DNA from: Meiothermus sp.
GTDB lineage: Bacteria; Deinococcota; Deinococci; Deinococcales; Thermaceae
Assembly (NCBI GenBank): GCA_033762915.1
Contig: JANRLD010000078.1
Coordinates: 1 to 64,000 of the forward strand
Direction: 5' to 3'
Length of the DNA stretch: 64,000 bases
Notes under the pieces: generated by a model
Database searches by the model: none
Told to the model about the DNA's origin: nothing
The model's input: only the letters and a program-made list of their open reading frames with translations
Position numbers and translations under genes: made by a program
Shown: piece by piece, positions 60,306 through 64,000 of the stretch
Position numbering within the stretch: position 1 is the first letter of the stretch
Layout of the letters: the number at the start of each line of letters is the position of its first letter

Positions 60306-61097
60306 CTAGGCCCCTGCCGCAGCAAGCTTCTGGCTCCCCGTTAGAAGCCGGGGGCCAGAGTCGGTGATCAGCACCGTGTTTTCGTAGTGGGCGGCCAGGT
60401 TGCCTTTGCCAACAGTGGCCGTCCAGCCATCGGACAATATTACCATCTTGGCGGGAAAAAGGGAAACCATCGGCTCGAAGGCCAGGGTCATGCCCGCCCT
60501 GAGCTTGGGGCCTTTGCCGGGGTCGCCGAAGTTGGGCACCTGGGGGTCCTCGTGGTTGTACTTGCCCACGCCGTGCCCCACCATCTCCCGCACGCACCAA
60601 AGGCCGTGCTTGCCCTCCACGAACTGCTGCACTGCGTAGCCCACATCGCCCAGGCGGGTGCCGGGCTGGAGCAGCTCGAGACCCATCCAGAAGGCCTCTT
60701 CCGTAACCCGCTTGAGCCGCTCAGCCTCGTTGGATATCTTGCCCACGGCGTAGGTGCGGGCCATGTCGGTGGTGTAGCCGTCGAAGGTAAACAAAAAGTC
60801 CACCTTGAGCAGCTCGCCCTCCTCGAGGGGGCGCCTCGAGGGGAAGCCGTGCACCACCACATCGTCGACCGACATGCAGGTAGCGAACTGGTAGGGTACG
60901 TCGGCCGCGCCCTTGTAGCCGATCTGGGGGGCCTTGCCGCCGACCCGCCGGATGGCCTTGAGGATGGTCTGGTCGAGGTCGTGGGTGGTCACACCGGGCC
61001 TGATGAGGGGCTCGACCTCGGCAAAGATCGAGGTATGAAGCTGACCGGTCTTGGTCATCTTCTCGATCTCCCAGGGCGATTTGATGTGGATGGCCAT
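60306..61097 (-). CDS. map: Methionine aminopeptidase type I
   Basis: VVHG.P, DGYTTD, GHGVG...HEDP, EPM, AHYENT. Confidence 0.96.
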   Translation of the reverse strand: MAIHIKSPWEIEKMTKTGQLHTSIFAEVEPLIRPGVTTHDLDQTILKAIRRVGGKAPQIGYKGAADVPYQFATCMSVDDVVVHGFPSRRPLEEGELLKVDFLFTFDGYTTDMARTYAVGKISNEAERLKRVTEEAFWMGLELLQPGTRLGDVGYAVQQFVEGKHGLWCVREMVGHGVGKYNHEDPQVPNFGDPGKGPKLRAGMTLAFEPMVSLFPAKMVILSDGWTATVGKGNLAAHYENTVLITDSGPRLLTGSQKLAAAGA

Positions 61098-61123
61098 AGT
61101 GTGATTGCCCAGAACCTGACGGC

Positions 61124-61696
61124 CTAAGCCTTAACCCCCAGTGCGTCTTGGATCGCCGCGTACACCTCGTCCACCTTACCCAGCCCGTTGACTTCCTTCA
61201 GGCTGCCGGTTTTGGCGTAGTAATCCACCAGCGGCTGAGTTTTCTGGGTATAGACGGCGAGGCGGTTGGCGATGGTCTCGGCGTTGTCGTCGGTGCGGCC
61301 TTCCTGCTGGGCGCGGCCCAGCAGTCGCTTGACCAGTTCTTCGCGGGGGGCCTCGACCAGCAAAACACCCAGCAGGCGAATTTTGTTGTCAGTTAGCAGT
61401 TGGTCCAGCGCCTCGGCCTGCGCCAGGGTGCGGGGGAAACCGTCGAAGATGACCTTGGGGTTGGCGAAGGTGGACAGCTCGTGCTGGATCAGCGCCAGGA
61501 TGATCTCGTCAGAGACCAAATCGCCGCGCTCGAGGATCGGCGCGACCTTTTGGCCGAGTTCGGTGCCCCTGGAAACGTGGCTGCGCAACATGTCACCGGT
61601 GGAGAGTTGGACGAATCCCAGCTCGGAGGCCAGCCGCTTGGCCTGGGTGCCTTTGCCCGCGCCCGGAGGTCCGAGGAAGATGACTGCTTCCGCCAT
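61124..61696 (-). CDS. adk: Adenylate kinase (short LID)
   Basis: GPPGAGKGTQA, STGDMLR, DGFPRT, GRTDD. Confidence 0.96.
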   Translation of the reverse strand: MAEAVIFLGPPGAGKGTQAKRLASELGFVQLSTGDMLRSHVSRGTELGQKVAPILERGDLVSDEIILALIQHELSTFANPKVIFDGFPRTLAQAEALDQLLTDNKIRLLGVLLVEAPREELVKRLLGRAQQEGRTDDNAETIANRLAVYTQKTQPLVDYYAKTGSLKEVNGLGKVDEVYAAIQDALGVKA

Positions 61697-61707
61697 GCCC
61701 CCTCCTC

Positions 61708-63036
<1,329 letters not shown>

Positions 63037-63039
63037 GGC

Positions 63040-63525
63040 TTATGCTCCCTCAGCGGCGGGGGCAGGCTTGGCCACGACCACCACAGCCTCGCCGCCTGCG
63101 GCCTTGAGTTTTTCGGCGGCCGCCGCCGAGAACTTGGCGGCGTGGACCTTAACCGCGCTGGCCTCGCCCTGCGATAGCACCTTAACCGGGAAGCCGGCGC
63201 GAACCAGCCCGGCCTTGACCAGGGCTTCGGCGTTCACGTCGCCGCTCTGGAAGTGCTTGGCGATGTCGCCCACGTTGACGACCTGGTACTCCACGCGCTT
63301 CAGCTCGCCATGGGACTGGCTTTTCATGCCGCGCTTGGGCAGGCGCATGATCAGGGTGGAGCGACCCCCCTCGAAGCGGTTGGAGTTCTTGAGGCCGCCC
63401 GAGCGGGACTTCTGGCCCTTGTGGCCGCGTCCGGCGGTCTTGCCCTTCCCCGAGCCGGGGCCACGGGCCACGCGCTTGTTGCGCTTGTTCGCGCCCTCGT
63501 TGGGGCGGATGTCGGTCAGTTTCAT
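63040..63525 (-). CDS. rplO: 50S ribosomal protein L15
   Basis: [30 protein letters not shown]. Confidence 0.98.
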   Translation of the reverse strand: MKLTDIRPNEGANKRNKRVARGPGSGKGKTAGRGHKGQKSRSGGLKNSNRFEGGRSTLIMRLPKRGMKSQSHGELKRVEYQVVNVGDIAKHFQSGDVNAEALVKAGLVRAGFPVKVLSQGEASAVKVHAAKFSAAAAEKLKAAGGEAVVVVAKPAPAAEGA

Positions 63526-63701
63526 TATTCCACCACCTCGACGAGGTGCGCGACCTTGCGGATCTGGCCCAGCATGGCGGGGTTGGAGTCAATCTCGCGC
63601 ACGCGGTTCATCTTGGTCAGGCCCAGCACCTTCAGCGCGGCCTTCTGATCCTTGGGGTAACCGATGGGGCTCTTGACCAGCTTCACCTTCACGGTCGCCA
63701 T
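63525..63701 (-). CDS. rpmD: 50S ribosomal protein L30 (not in ORF track)
   Basis: Manual translation [58 protein letters not shown]. Confidence 0.96.
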   Translation of the reverse strand: MATVKVKLVKSPIGYPKDQKAALKVLGLTKMNRVREIDSNPAMLGQIRKVAHLVEVVE

Positions 63702-64000
63702 TAGCCCTCACCACCTTCGGTCTTCCGCAGGCGCTTCACATCATCCCAGGTTTGGAGCTGGCGCAGCGCCTCGAGCGTGGCGTAGGCCTGGTTGACGTAG
63801 TTGCGCGAGCCCAACTCCTTGGTCAGGATGTCGGTGATCCCGGCCAGCTCGAGGATCGCGCGCGGCACCTGACCGGCGATAACCCCCGTGCCGGGCGCGG
63901 CCGGGCGCAGGATGATGGTCGAGGAGCCGTGCGTCACGGTGATCTCGTGGGGGATGGTGCCGTTCTTGAGGGGCACCTCGATCATCTTGCGCTTGGCGTA
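63701..64000 (-). CDS. rpsE: 30S ribosomal protein S5, C-terminal part
   Basis: [30 protein letters not shown]. Confidence 0.96.
   Translation of the reverse strand, partial: YAKRKMIEVPLKNGTIPHEITVTHGSSTIILRPAAPGTGVIAGQVPRAILELAGITDILTKELGSRNYVNQAYATLEALRQLQTWDDVKRLRKTEGGEG

Overview
GC-rich bacterial chromosomal segment, most likely from the Deinococcus-Thermus phylum (Meiothermus-like Thermaceae). This placement is inferred from the archaeal/eukaryote-type ProS, many apparently leaderless genes and very dense CTCGAG sites. Left to right: lnt (partial), MFS, HD-GYP, a GbsR/MarR-controlled LolA-like/FtsX ABC export operon, esterase/epimerase/GMC oxidoreductase, clpS, lepB, hom, queG, proS, a DUF4388-small GTPase-roadblock module, a UbiA-family prenyltransferase, a zinc-starvation cluster (Cys-free L33, COG0523 GTPase, Cys-tailed flavoprotein, znuA remnant, two palindromic boxes), a divergent sugar-catabolism locus (ABC importer, mtnK, dhaK/dhaL, FGGY kinase, AKR, TPP E1/E2) tied together by two identical LacI-type operators, rlmN, two polysaccharide genes, and the end of the spc/alpha ribosomal operons (rpsE to rplQ). 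Best novel candidates: (1) a signal-peptide-bearing ORF ending in an RAPP ribosome-arrest motif directly upstream of signal peptidase I; (2) the co-regulated mtnK/DhaKL/TPP-dehydrogenase pathway; (3) roughly 10-fold over-represented CTCGAG; (4) a pseudoknot plus SD-sequestering hairpin ahead of rpsD; (5) four families of small, partly nested intergenic repeats. No rRNA, tRNA, CRISPR array or transposase was seen. All calls come from reading motifs by eye; no database searches were run.
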